From: Bacteroidales bacterium | GTDB lineage: Bacteria > Bacteroidota > Bacteroidia > Bacteroidales > Bacteroidaceae | Direction: 5' to 3' | Length of the DNA stretch: 64,000 nt | NCBI GenBank assembly: GCA_022772475.1 | Contig: JALEZQ010000014.1 | Span: forward strand, 8,004 to 72,003 | Part shown: positions 31,318-41,231 of the stretch, piece after piece | How the letters are laid out: every line of letters starts with the position of its first letter | Numbering within the stretch: the first letter of the stretch is position 1 | Translations under genes and position numbers: made by a program | Notes under the pieces: model-generated | The model's input: the letters and a program-made list of their open reading frames with translations, nothing else | Database searches by the model: none | Told to the model about the DNA's origin: nothing

Positions 31318-32169
31318 TTATTTTTTTGAATAGCTGAGAGCGAGGCGGACGCCGATGTCGCTGCCGCGGCTCGACGGCTTTTGGCCGGTCCGATAGGAGA
31401 CGCGGCAGAGCGCGGCACCGTAGGTCCAGCCGCCGCCGCGCAAAACGCGGTGGGAGCCCGTACTTGGTCCTGTGGGGTTGGTCTGAGAGGATGACGAATA
31501 AGGGCCGTACCAGTCGCTGCACCACTCCCACACGTTGCCGCTCATGTCATAAAGGCCCAGTTCGTTGGCAGTCTTTTGGGCAACGGGATAAGTATTGTTT
31601 CCGCTGTTGTCATCGTACCATCCCACATCGCTGAGCGTGTTGCCACCACTATACAAATAGCCTTTGCTCTTGCTGCCGCCGCGCGCCGCATATTCCCATT
31701 CCGCCTCAGTAGGCATACGGAAGGTGCGGCCTGTCAGACTGTTCAACTTAGTAATAAACGACTGTACGTCATTGTAGTTGATGTAGTAGGCGGGATAATT
31801 GCCCCCCAGTCCATGGGACAAGTCCCAACTGCTGATGGCACCGTTCGTTGGCGAATAGCCCGTAACGGCCCTCCATAAAGCCTGCGTCACTTCGGTCTGG
31901 CCGATGTAGAAACTGGACAATGTGACATCATGGGTGGGCAATTTATCTCTGTCAGCACCGCTTTGCTCTTCCGTCGCGCCCATGGTGAACGTACCGCCCT
32001 CAACGGGCATCATCACGAAAGACACGCCATTGACGGTGATGGTCAGAGGCGCATTGAAAGGAGCAGGATTTTCCAATTCCTGACCATCGTCGTCACTGCA
32101 AGCGGAGAAGGTGGCGCACAGCGTCAGCGCACAAGTGGCAATAGAGAAGAAGGACTTTAACTGTAACAT
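31318..32169 (-). CDS. lipoprotein with FGE-sulfatase/CLec-fold domain (DGR-target-like)
   Basis: Lipobox FSAC-SDDD; GTFTMG, TEVTQ, RMPTEAEWEYAARGG, NELGLYDMSGNVWEWC, RVLRGGGW...GVRLA; TAATTTTG promoter at 32205-32212(-). Confidence 0.9.
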   Translation of the reverse strand: MLQLKSFFSIATCALTLCATFSACSDDDGQELENPAPFNAPLTITVNGVSFVMMPVEGGTFTMGATEEQSGADRDKLPTHDVTLSSFYIGQTEVTQALWRAVTGYSPTNGAISSWDLSHGLGGNYPAYYINYNDVQSFITKLNSLTGRTFRMPTEAEWEYAARGGSKSKGYLYSGGNTLSDVGWYDDNSGNNTYPVAQKTANELGLYDMSGNVWEWCSDWYGPYSSSSQTNPTGPSTGSHRVLRGGGWTYGAALCRVSYRTGQKPSSRGSDIGVRLALSYSKK

Positions 32170-32322
32170 ACTATTAAGAATTTAGGGGAGTGAACCATGT
32201 CATGCAAAATTACGTAAAAATCCATACCGGCAAACCCGCCGTACAGAATAATGACAAACAACTTTTGCGACATCGCAAGTTGTGCTTGTTGATTCCGCTC
32301 AGGCTGAATGAAGACGGTCTAA

Positions 32323-32377
32323 TAGTAGTGGCACGTCCATTGACGTGCCACTCACCACACGTCGCGCGCAGCGCGAC
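32323..32377 (+). repeat. REP palindrome plus half of the doublet spacer upstream of CLec gene 1
   Basis: tagtagtggcacgtccattgacgtgccactca...cgcgcagcgcgaca, similar to 31085-31141. Confidence 0.8.
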
Positions 32378-32473
32378 AACGTTTATAAATACTTCTGTCA
32401 GGTAAAAGTTCTGCTGTGACTTTTACCATACAATTTATCTACGAACAGGCTTAGCCGCGAAAGCGGGGCCACG

Positions 32474-33670
32474 TCAGTCCACGAGGCGTGCCAGGGCGGC
32501 CTTGATGCGGCGCATGGCCTCCTCGATGTTCTCGTCGCTGGTGGCGTAGCTCATGCGGAAGCAGTCGGGGTCGCCGAAGGCATCGCCGCCGACGGTGGCT
32601 ACATGGGCCTCTTCAAGCAGGTACATGGCAAAGTCCATCGAGTTGGCGATGACCTTGTCGCCACAGCGCTTGCCGAAGTAGGACGAGCACTTGGGGAAGA
32701 GATAGAAGGCACCGTCGGGCTCGTTGACCTCCAGACCGGGAATCTCGCGGGCCAGACGCACGATGAGGTTGCGGCGGCGCTCAAAGGCCAGGCGCATGTC
32801 CTCGACGCACTGCTGCGAGCCCGTATAGGCGGCTTCGGCGGCTTTCTGCGACACCGAGCACGGACCGCTGGTATATTGGCCCTGCAGCTTGTTGCAGCCC
32901 TTGACAATCCACTCGGGACCGGCGATGAAGCCGATGCGCCAGCCAGTCATGGCGTAAGCCTTGCTGACGCCGTTCACTACGACGACGCGGGGCTTGAGGG
33001 CGGCGTTGGAGGCGATGCTGGCGTGGCGGCCAACGTAGTTGATATGCTCGTAGATTTCGTCGGCGATGACATACACCTGCTCGTGGCGCAGCAGCACCTC
33101 GGCCAGGGCTTCCAGTTCCTCAGCCGAATAGACCGAGCCGGTGGGGTTGGACGGCGAACAGAGAATCAGGGCGCGCGTCTTGGGCGTGATGGCGGCCTCG
33201 AGCTGTTCGGGCGTCATCTTGAAGTTCTGCTCGATGCCGGCGCGGATGATGACGGGCGTACCGCCGGCGAGCTTGACCATGTCGGTATAGCTCACCCAGT
33301 AGGGGGCGGGGATGATGACCTCGTCGCCATCGTTGACCAGCGTCATGACCGTGTTGCAGACCGACTGCTTGGCGCCGTTCGATACGCTGATCTGTGCGGC
33401 GGTGTAATCCAGGCCGTTCTCCGTCTTCAGTTTGTTGACGATGGCCTCGCGCAGGGCGGGATAGCCCGCTACGGGCGAATAGCGCGACCAGTTGTCCTCA
33501 ACGGCCTGGATGGCGGCCGCCTTGATGTGGTCCGGAGTGTTGAAGTCGGGCTCGCCGACGCTCATGTTGATGATGTCGATGCCCTGTGCTTTCAGTTCGC
33601 CGCTCTTCTGCGACATGGCCAGTGTGGCCGATGTGGACAGGCGGTTGATTCTGTCGGATAGTTTTTCCAT
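32474..33670 (-). CDS. aspC: aspartate aminotransferase (class I/II PLP enzyme)
   Basis: GEPDF, SPSNPTG, DEIYE, SKAYAMTGWRIG. Confidence 0.92.
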   Translation of the reverse strand: MEKLSDRINRLSTSATLAMSQKSGELKAQGIDIINMSVGEPDFNTPDHIKAAAIQAVEDNWSRYSPVAGYPALREAIVNKLKTENGLDYTAAQISVSNGAKQSVCNTVMTLVNDGDEVIIPAPYWVSYTDMVKLAGGTPVIIRAGIEQNFKMTPEQLEAAITPKTRALILCSPSNPTGSVYSAEELEALAEVLLRHEQVYVIADEIYEHINYVGRHASIASNAALKPRVVVVNGVSKAYAMTGWRIGFIAGPEWIVKGCNKLQGQYTSGPCSVSQKAAEAAYTGSQQCVEDMRLAFERRRNLIVRLAREIPGLEVNEPDGAFYLFPKCSSYFGKRCGDKVIANSMDFAMYLLEEAHVATVGGDAFGDPDCFRMSYATSDENIEEAMRRIKAALARLVD

Positions 33671-33711
33671 GATGTATATATCGGGTGTGGGAGAATGTAT
33701 GCAATGGGTCG

Positions 33712-34428
33712 TCAGTCGTCGTTGCCGCCGCCGAAGATTCTCAGCAGGAAGAGGAAGAGGTTGATAAAGTCCAGATAGAGCGTGAGGCTGCCCAAGAGCG
33801 CCATCTTCTGGTGCGTCTCCGTCATGTCGTCGCCGGCGGCTTCAAACATGAGGCGCAGTTTCTGCGTGTCGTAGGCCGTCAGACCGGCGAAGACCACGAC
33901 GCCGACGTAGGAGATGAGCATGTGCAGCATGGGGCTGTGCATGAACATGTTGACCACCGTGGCGATGATGATGCCGAAGAGGCAGACCATGAGGAACTTG
34001 CCGCCGGCGCTCAGGTCGCGCTTCACGACGAAGCCCACCAGACTCATGGCGGCGAAGGTGCCCGCCGTGACGAAGAACGTCGTGGCGATGACCTCGGGAG
34101 CGTAGTGGAGAAGCAGGATGGAGAGCGTGGCGCCGTTGAGGGCCGAGTAGGCCATGAACATCACCGTGGCCACCGGCAGCGACAACTTGTGGATGCGTGC
34201 GGCCAGGAAGCCCACCAGAAACAGTTCGGCGATGATGAGGATGAAGTAGGTCGTCGAACTGGAGAAGATGGCCATCAGCATCGACTTGTTGCCGGCCACG
34301 TAGAGCGCCGTCAGTGCGGTGATGATCAGACCGAAGGTCATCCAGAGGTACGTCTTCTGCATGAGTTTGCCTACCAGCAGGCCCGTGCGTTCCTCGCTAT
34401 AGACATTGTAGAGATTCTCGTTTTCCAT
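33712..34428 (-). CDS. Bax inhibitor-1/YccA family membrane protein
   Basis: YSALNG, GLTAYDTQK, LYLDFINLFL. Confidence 0.92.
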   Translation of the reverse strand: MENENLYNVYSEERTGLLVGKLMQKTYLWMTFGLIITALTALYVAGNKSMLMAIFSSSTTYFILIIAELFLVGFLAARIHKLSLPVATVMFMAYSALNGATLSILLLHYAPEVIATTFFVTAGTFAAMSLVGFVVKRDLSAGGKFLMVCLFGIIIATVVNMFMHSPMLHMLISYVGVVVFAGLTAYDTQKLRLMFEAAGDDMTETHQKMALLGSLTLYLDFINLFLFLLRIFGGGNDD

Positions 34429-34524
34429 AATGTTACTGTTCTAAAGAGTGTATAATAAGCTGTGTTGTATGAAAGGGGGCTGCGTGCCGGGCGGCACCGC
34501 CATCGTGCGCTGCGTTGCCGCGGC

Positions 34525-35739
34525 TTACTTGTTGAGGTGCAGGGTGTGGCCCATGCGCTCCGCCTTGGTGCGCAGGTAGCGCTCGTTGTAAGGGTTGGCG
34601 GCAATCTCGATGGGCACGTTCTCCACGATTTCCAGGCCGTAGGCCTCTAGTCCGACGCGCTTGACGGGGTTGTTGGTCATCAGGCGCATCTTGTGCACGC
34701 CCAGATTGGAGAGAATCTGTGCGCCCACGCCGTAGTCGCGCTCGTCGGGGTCGTAGCCCAGATGGATGTTGGCATCCACCGTGTCGTAGCCCTGCTCCTG
34801 CAGTTTGTAGGCCGCAATTTTGGCCATGAGGCCGATGCCCCGTCCCTCCTGATTGAGGTAGAGGATGACGCCCTTGCCTTCAGCCTCGACCATGCGCATG
34901 GCGCGGTGCAGCTGTTCGCCGCAGTCGCAGCGTGCGCTGCCGAAGATGTCGCCCGTGACGCACGACGAGTGGACGCGCACCAGCACGGGCTCGTCCTCCG
35001 TCCATTCGCCCTTGATGAGCGCCACGTGTTCCAGGTTGTTGCTCTTCTGGCGGAAGGGGATGAGGTGGAAGTGGCCGTACTCGGTGGGCATGTCCACCTC
35101 GTCGCCGCGCTCCACGAGGCACTCGTTCTTCAGGCGGTAGGCGATGAGGTCCTTGATGGTGATGATGTGCAGGCCCTCGCGCTCGGCAAACTCCTGCAGC
35201 TGCGGCATGCGGGCCATCGTGCCGTCGGGGTTGAGAATTTCGATGAGGCAGGCTGCCGGCTGCATACCCGCCAGACGCGCCAGGTCAACGGCCGCTTCGG
35301 TGTGTCCGGCGCGGGCCAGTACGCCGCGGTCCTGAGCGTAGAGCGGGTTGATGTGTCCCGGGCGTCCGAAGGTCTCGGGGCGGCTGTCGGGGTCGGCAAG
35401 GGCGCGGATGGTGGCGGCGCGGTCGTGGCACGACACGCCCGTGGTGCATCCCTCCAGTTTATCCACCGTCACGGTGAAGGGTGTGCCCAGCATACTCGTG
35501 TTGGTCTGCACCTGGTGCTCCAGCTGCAATTCGCGGCAGCGCTCGATGGTGATGGGGGCGCAGAGCACGCCGCGTCCGTGGCTCAGCATGTAGTTGACCT
35601 TCTCGGGCGTTGCCATCTCGGCCGCCAGGATGAGGTCGCCCTCGTTTTCGCGGTCTTCGTCATCGACGACGATGACGAAGCGTCCGTTGCGGAAGTCGTC
35701 GAGCGCTTCTTCTATGGTTGCAAGTTTGAAAGGTTGCAT
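34525..35739 (-). CDS. ribBA: bifunctional DHBP synthase / GTP cyclohydrolase II
   Basis: [27 protein letters not shown]...RCDCG, QEGRGIG. Confidence 0.95.
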   Translation of the reverse strand: MQPFKLATIEEALDDFRNGRFVIVVDDEDRENEGDLILAAEMATPEKVNYMLSHGRGVLCAPITIERCRELQLEHQVQTNTSMLGTPFTVTVDKLEGCTTGVSCHDRAATIRALADPDSRPETFGRPGHINPLYAQDRGVLARAGHTEAAVDLARLAGMQPAACLIEILNPDGTMARMPQLQEFAEREGLHIITIKDLIAYRLKNECLVERGDEVDMPTEYGHFHLIPFRQKSNNLEHVALIKGEWTEDEPVLVRVHSSCVTGDIFGSARCDCGEQLHRAMRMVEAEGKGVILYLNQEGRGIGLMAKIAAYKLQEQGYDTVDANIHLGYDPDERDYGVGAQILSNLGVHKMRLMTNNPVKRVGLEAYGLEIVENVPIEIAANPYNERYLRTKAERMGHTLHLNK

Positions 35740-35798
35740 GTCGGATAGTGTGGTATGGTAAAGAATTGATATTGTGTGTTCTGCTTACTGTCGGCCGG

Positions 35799-38033
35799 TT
35801 ACTGTCGGCCGATCTCCATTTGTTTGGGGGCCAGCAGTTGTGGACTGCTGACGCGCCTGTCCGCGTCGTCTTCGCCGCTGCTGCGTCGCGTTGGCGGTGT
35901 GGCGGAGCGCCCTGCGCGTTCGGGTGCGCCGGGGGCCGTCTTGTCGGTTGTCGGTGCCGGTTCGTCCTCCATGCGCTCGGTGTGCGCCTGCTGGCGTTCG
36001 CAGCGTTGTACGGCGATGCCCGCGAGCAGGGCCACGATGGCTACGGCCACCAGCGCCATGAGGCGTCGGCGCCGGCGTCGTGCCACGGGGCGCGGGTCGT
36101 CGTTGGCCGCGCGGTCGCTCTCGCCGGGCATGAAAGCGTCGTCGCCCAGCGTGATGGCGCGTGTGGTGCCTTGGCACGCCCGCTGTATCTGCTTGAGGTC
36201 GCGGTGCAGGCGCAGACGGAAACGCCCGATGCGCAGCCACATCACCAAGCCCAGCGGCAGACAGAGGCCGCACAGCACGTTGGCCCAGCGTCGCTCGAAG
36301 GGCGTGGTGTGGGCCGAGGTGAAGATGATGGGAAATTCGTTCAGCCAGGCGATGACCTTGTGCTTGCGACTGTTGGCCAGGTGGGCTACGATGTCCTCCA
36401 TCTTCTCGCTCAGCGCGATGATGCGGTGGTCCGGTGTGTTGCGGAAGAACAGGCGGAAGTAGTTGGGCAGCCGCAGCAGACGTGTCTGCTCGCTGTAGGT
36501 GCGGGCCTCGGTGGCCAGTTCGTCGAGCGCGGTGACCATGGCGTCGTAGTCGGGGTCTTCGATGATGACCTCTTTGCGGTCGATGTGGCGGCGTGAGCGC
36601 AGACCCAGCACTTGGCGGAAGAGGCGCAGGTAGAGTTCGCTGTTGAACACCATACTGTCCTTATTGGCCTTGTACGTCAGGAAGATGCCGAAGGGCAGGA
36701 GCACCGCCGAACTGATCCACATGCCATAGACCATGCCCCAGTTGCCGTCGCGCGCCATCTTCATGCCCGAGATATTGATGATGTAGTAGGCGATGAAGAT
36801 GGCCACCGATACCACCGCCGGCATACCCAGTCCGCCCTTGCGGATGATGGCGCCCAGCGGTGCGCCGACGAAGAAGAACAGCAGGCAGGCCAGCGACAGC
36901 GTGATTTTCTGGTGCCATTCCACCTGGTGTCCGCGGTACAGTTTTTCCGTCTGGTCGGCCGGCGTCGCCTTCCACTCCAGGTCCATCATGGCCGAGCGGA
37001 TGTTCTGCAGCGCCGTCTGCTCGGCGCTGCGCAGGGCGTTGGGCGATGCCGCCGCCAGCAGACTGTCGTAGGGTAGGGGCGTGGTCTTGGCCAGCGTCTT
37101 GGCCTCGCGTTCGGGCATGGCCTGCGGTGTGTAGTAGCGCAGGCGCGCCTCCTGGTGCAGGCGAAGGCCCATGCTGTCGAGGGCCAGCGACATCGAGTCG
37201 AGACTCGTGTTGATTTCCGCCATGCTCTTGGCCTGCGGCATATCGCGCAGCATGTTTTGGTCCATGAGGGCAAAGTTGCTGTCGAAGTCGATGAGGAAGC
37301 GCTTGTAGCCGAAGACCTCGCGGTCGTAGGGCGCATTGCCCGTGTTAAGTGCGGAGAAGTTTTCCTGCTGCAGGTTTTCAAAGAGCGCGCCCTGCCAGAG
37401 GTCCAGCGTGAGGTGCATCTTGTCCGCCGAGACCTCCATGCGGCCCGAGTCGGCCAGGACGATCTGGGCGCGGTCGAAGCCCTGGTCCGTCTTGTAGATG
37501 ATGACGTTGTAGAGCATGCCCGTCTCCGCGTTCTTGCGCTCGACGAAGAGGTTGATGTTGGGCAGGTCGTTGTAGAATACGCCCTCGGGAATCTCCACCG
37601 CCGGCTGCGCCTGCTTCATGCTGATGAGCAGCGTACGCAGGCTGATCTGCGCGTGTGGCCCGGTGACGTTCTGAAAGTAGAACGAGACGCCCGTCATCAG
37701 CACCACCACCATCAGGATGGGGCGCATGATGCGTATGAGGGGTACGCCGGCGGCCTTCATGGCCAGCAGTTCGAGGTCTTCGCCCAGGTTGCCGAAGGTG
37801 ATGAGTGAGGCCAGCAGGATGGCCAGCGGCAGCGACGTGGGGATGAGCGTGATGCCCATGTGCCAGAAGAACTGCGCCAGCACGTCCATCGTCAGACCCT
37901 TGCCGATGAGTTCGTCGAGGTATCTCCACGTGAACTGCATCATGAAGATGAACAGGCAGATGAAGAAGGCTCCCACGAACAGTGGCAGGAACTTGCTGAG
38001 TATGTAACGGTCTAATTTCTTTAATCCTATCAT
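35799..38033 (-). CDS. lptF: LptF/LptG family LPS export permease with extended C-terminus
   Basis: KKLDRYI, ELLAMKAAG, GAPLGAIIRKGGLG; start MIGLKK. Confidence 0.85.
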   Translation of the reverse strand: MIGLKKLDRYILSKFLPLFVGAFFICLFIFMMQFTWRYLDELIGKGLTMDVLAQFFWHMGITLIPTSLPLAILLASLITFGNLGEDLELLAMKAAGVPLIRIMRPILMVVVLMTGVSFYFQNVTGPHAQISLRTLLISMKQAQPAVEIPEGVFYNDLPNINLFVERKNAETGMLYNVIIYKTDQGFDRAQIVLADSGRMEVSADKMHLTLDLWQGALFENLQQENFSALNTGNAPYDREVFGYKRFLIDFDSNFALMDQNMLRDMPQAKSMAEINTSLDSMSLALDSMGLRLHQEARLRYYTPQAMPEREAKTLAKTTPLPYDSLLAAASPNALRSAEQTALQNIRSAMMDLEWKATPADQTEKLYRGHQVEWHQKITLSLACLLFFFVGAPLGAIIRKGGLGMPAVVSVAIFIAYYIINISGMKMARDGNWGMVYGMWISSAVLLPFGIFLTYKANKDSMVFNSELYLRLFRQVLGLRSRRHIDRKEVIIEDPDYDAMVTALDELATEARTYSEQTRLLRLPNYFRLFFRNTPDHRIIALSEKMEDIVAHLANSRKHKVIAWLNEFPIIFTSAHTTPFERRWANVLCGLCLPLGLVMWLRIGRFRLRLHRDLKQIQRACQGTTRAITLGDDAFMPGESDRAANDDPRPVARRRRRRLMALVAVAIVALLAGIAVQRCERQQAHTERMEDEPAPTTDKTAPGAPERAGRSATPPTRRSSGEDDADRRVSSPQLLAPKQMEIGRQ

Positions 38034-38355
38034 GGGCGTAAATCGTCGTGGCGCGGGCTGCCGGCGCCAAAACCAACTGCAAAGATACGCCAACGCCGCC
38101 GAACGGCAAAGGCATTTCCTCAAAATACTATCGCGCGTACACGTGCGAAGGCCGGTGCGAAGGCCGGACAGTGCGGCGCCTTTGGCAAACTTGAAGGGTA
38201 TAAAAGGGCTGCCTCGACGGCGTCTTTAGTGCCCGCGGTGCCCGAGGTAAGATTATTTTTCAAAAAAAGTGGGGGAAACATTTTGCCATATCGAAAGTTT
38301 GCCCTACTTTTGCACTCGCAAACGGGAACAAGCCCGCTCTGCTAACATAAAGGAT

Positions 38356-38429
38356 GGCGAGATAGCTCAGCTGGTTAGAGCGTCGGATTCATAATCCGAA
38401 GGTCAAGGGTTCAAGTCCCTTTCTCGCTA
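38356..38429 (+). tRNA. tRNA with CAT anticodon (probably elongator Met)
   Basis: GGCGAGA/TCTCGCT acceptor stem, tcgga-ttCATaa-tccga, GTTCAAG T-loop; upstream TACTTTTG promoter. Confidence 0.93.
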
Positions 38430-38438
38430 CAAAGAACA

Positions 38439-38472
38439 GGGAGACTGCCGCATAAGCAGCCTCCCTTTTTTT
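38439..38472 (+). terminator. tRNA terminator
   Basis: gggagactgc-cgcataa-gcagcctccc followed by a T-run. Confidence 0.8.
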
Positions 38473-38538
38473 ATTTGCTCATCAGCGGCGTTAGGGGGAG
38501 GGTGTAACAAAATGAAGATGTTTGAGCGATGAGGTCCG

Positions 38539-38901
38539 CTAGTAGGTACCGTCCAATGGCGGCACCCCGCCGCAGCTTAGTAGTGCCATGTCCATTGACA
38601 TGGCACCGGGGGAGCAGCTTAGTAGTGCCATGTCCATTGACATGGCCGGGAGCGCAGCTTAGTAGTGCCATGTCCATTGACATGGCACCGGGGGCGCAGC
38701 TTAGTAGTGCCATGTCCATTGACATGGCACCGGGGCGCAGCCGCGTTTTTGCGGCAAAGAATAGGTGTCTTTTATGTAGTGGTGGCATGTCCATTGACGT
38801 GCCACTTGCGGCGTAGCCGCGTTTTTTCGGCAAAGAATATGTGTCGCGGCCGACGCCGCGACGCGTGCTGAGTGCCACGTCAATGGACATGGCACTACTA
38901 C
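38539..38901. repeat. REP cluster: one degenerate copy, four tandem 40-42-bp units and an inverted REP doublet
   Basis: gcagcttagtagtgccatgtccattgacatggc(a)ccgg at 38572, 38614, 38654 and 38696; doublet at 38776-38901. Confidence 0.9.
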
Positions 38902-38918
38902 GCGGCCTCACCCATTGA

Positions 38919-38961
38919 CTCTCCCTCCTGCGGAGGTCGAGGGATGGTCTTCAGCCATCCT
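38919..38961 (+). repeat. terminal fragment of the 30368-30722 foldback element
   Basis: 41/43 identical to 30667-30709. Confidence 0.85.
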
Positions 38962-39107
38962 GCGCCTCAAACCGCGTTGTAGCCGCCGATTTTACGCCAG
39001 ATTGTGCCCTCGATGTACAAAAAAGCGCTACCTTTGCGACAGACGGTCACTCAGCGGTATGAGGCATGTTCCGCTGTGTGCCCCATCATCTTCACACCGT
39101 AACCCGT

Positions 39108-41204
39108 ATGGAACTAAAGCAAGGCACCCTTCTGCAGGGTGGGAAATATAAGATTGAGGCTACCCTTGGACAGGGCAGTTTCGGTATCACCTATTTGGGC
39201 ACTGCCCGGTTTACCATCCATGGCGGACTGGGAGCGATGGACGTCGTGACGAAGGTGGCCATCAAGGAGTTTTTCATGCGCGAGATGAATGTGCGCGACC
39301 GTGACGGCAAGACCGTAGAGGGCTCGTCGAGCAGCGTCTTCACCAACTACCGCCACCGCTTCCGCCGCGAGGCCGAGAACCTGGCCAAACTCCACCATCC
39401 CAACATCATCCGCGTATATGACGTGTTCGATGAGAACGGCACGACCTACTACAGCATGGAGTACGTCGAAGGCCTCACCCTGGACGCGTATATCCAGCAG
39501 CACCACCCCCTGTCCGAGTCCGACGCCGTCGCCATCCTCGGCCGCGTCTGCAGTGCACTCAGTTTCATGCACAGCCAGCGCATGCTCCACCTTGACCTCA
39601 AGCCCAAGAATATCATGTACTCGACGAAGGGCGAGGTCTTCCTGATTGACTTCGGCCTGTCGAAGCAGTTTGGTGCCAACGGCGAACCCGAATCGAGCAC
39701 GACGATAGGGGCGGGCACACCGGGCTACGCCCCTATTGAGCAGGTCAAGCAAATCAAGGACGGCACTTTCCCTGCCACGCTCGACATCTACGCCTTAGGT
39801 GCCACAATATATAAGACACTCACCGGCCAGCGCCCGCCCGAAGCGACAGACATTCTGAACGATGGTTTCCCCGATGGCCCGTTGGTGCAACTCCACCGCT
39901 CTCCGTCGCTGATCAAGGTCATCGCGCGCTGCATGTCGCCGATGCGGAAAGACCGCTACCAGACGGTGGCGGACCTGCTCCGCGCCTACCCGGCGCTGGC
40001 CATTGAGGATGAAAAGACGGAGATCAAAGAAGATACAGAAGCGACGATATTGGATGATGTACAACCGGTGAAGCATCTTACAGGCACCGCCCCCGTGCCA
40101 CCCCCAATCGTGGAGGAAAAGGTCAGTGAGAAGTTAACCCCGAAGAAGGCGGAGCCTGTTGTGGAACCCAAGGTGATAGTGGAGCCAACCCCGCCAGCCC
40201 CTCCAAAGAAGCCTTCTACGAGAAAATACTTGCTTTGGTCCGTTCTGGCAGTCCTAATAATGGTATTGCTGGTTTTCGGGGCTATTGTAAAAAGATGTGC
40301 TGACAATCATTCTACTGACGGTATTTTTCAACCTGATTCACTTGCTTACGACACAGTTGTTTACGACACAGTTCCTAGCGATTCGGTAGCTTACGAAGAG
40401 GTTGTTCTCGACACAGTTGCTGATGCCGAAGATTTTGATTATGAAGAAGACGATCCTATTCCCCGACAGGCCGACCCAACTTTGGACTTCACAGTCAATG
40501 GCGTCACCTTCACCATGGTCCTGGCCCAAGGCGGCACCTTCACGATGGGCGCGACAAGCGAACAGACAGGCGCATGCAGTGACGAAAAGCCCGCCCACCG
40601 TGTGACGCTATCCGATTATTACATCGGTCAGACCGAAGTGACGCAGGCGCTGTGGGAAGCGGTGATGGGTTATTCGCCTACGAGCGACGGCTTCAATTGG
40701 GAGGACATATTTGGTTTGGGCGACAATTATCCTGCGTATCAGATAAGTTACAATGATGTTCTGTCTTTTATCTCCAAGTTGAACAGTCTGACCGGCCGCA
40801 CCTTCCGCATGCCGACCGAGGCCGAGTGGGAATATGCAGCGCGCGGCGGCAACAAGAGTAAGGGCTATCGCTATAGCGGCGGGAACACGCTGGATAACGT
40901 GGGTTGGTACTATAAAAATAGAGGTTCAGGGTCCCACCCCGTTGCCCAAAAGTCCGCCAACGAACTCGGCCTCTATGACATGAGCGGCAATGTTGAAGAA
41001 TGGTGCAGCGACTGGTTTGACACTTATTCATCGTCATCTCAGACCAACCCGACAGGGCCCAGTAGGGGCTCCAACCGCGTGCTGCGTGGCGGCGGATGGG
41101 ACACCGATGCTACGGGCTGCCGTGTCGCCGGCCGTAGATGCAGTTCGCCGTCGAGCCGTAACGACGGCTACGGCGTCCGCCTTGCCCTCAGTTCTTCGCA
41201 TTAA
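39108..41204 (+). CDS. Hanks-type Ser/Thr kinase, Pro-rich linker, TM helix and FGE-sulfatase/CLec domain
   Basis: LGQGSFGITY, VAIKE, HLDLKPKN, DFG, GTPGYAPIE; TM YLLWSVLAVLIMVLLVFGAIV; FGE motifs as in 31318-32169. Confidence 0.92.
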   Translation: MELKQGTLLQGGKYKIEATLGQGSFGITYLGTARFTIHGGLGAMDVVTKVAIKEFFMREMNVRDRDGKTVEGSSSSVFTNYRHRFRREAENLAKLHHPNIIRVYDVFDENGTTYYSMEYVEGLTLDAYIQQHHPLSESDAVAILGRVCSALSFMHSQRMLHLDLKPKNIMYSTKGEVFLIDFGLSKQFGANGEPESSTTIGAGTPGYAPIEQVKQIKDGTFPATLDIYALGATIYKTLTGQRPPEATDILNDGFPDGPLVQLHRSPSLIKVIARCMSPMRKDRYQTVADLLRAYPALAIEDEKTEIKEDTEATILDDVQPVKHLTGTAPVPPPIVEEKVSEKLTPKKAEPVVEPKVIVEPTPPAPPKKPSTRKYLLWSVLAVLIMVLLVFGAIVKRCADNHSTDGIFQPDSLAYDTVVYDTVPSDSVAYEEVVLDTVADAEDFDYEEDDPIPRQADPTLDFTVNGVTFTMVLAQGGTFTMGATSEQTGACSDEKPAHRVTLSDYYIGQTEVTQALWEAVMGYSPTSDGFNWEDIFGLGDNYPAYQISYNDVLSFISKLNSLTGRTFRMPTEAEWEYAARGGNKSKGYRYSGGNTLDNVGWYYKNRGSGSHPVAQKSANELGLYDMSGNVEEWCSDWFDTYSSSSQTNPTGPSRGSNRVLRGGGWDTDATGCRVAGRRCSSPSSRNDGYGVRLALSSSH

Positions 41205-41231
41205 AATAGGAAAGGACATTGGGCGGGTAAA

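Noticed and set aside
31229-31320. CLec 3' elements as integron attC sites
   Set aside because: No RYYYAAC/GTTRRRY boxes, no cassette array and no integrase.
31318-32169. FGE-domain proteins as maturases for the sulfatase at 12786
   Set aside because: They lack the catalytic Cys pair after RGG, and the sulfatase is Ser-type, which is matured by radical-SAM anSME enzymes.
38572-38740. Tandem palindromic repeats as a CRISPR array
   Set aside because: The 'spacers' are only ~12 bp and nearly identical, copies occur inverted and dispersed, and there are no cas genes; a REP array fits better.
38471-38911. Repetitive ORFs (146 aa and 95 aa) over the REP array, and the ORFs over 59082-59418
   Set aside because: They are translations of DNA repeats.
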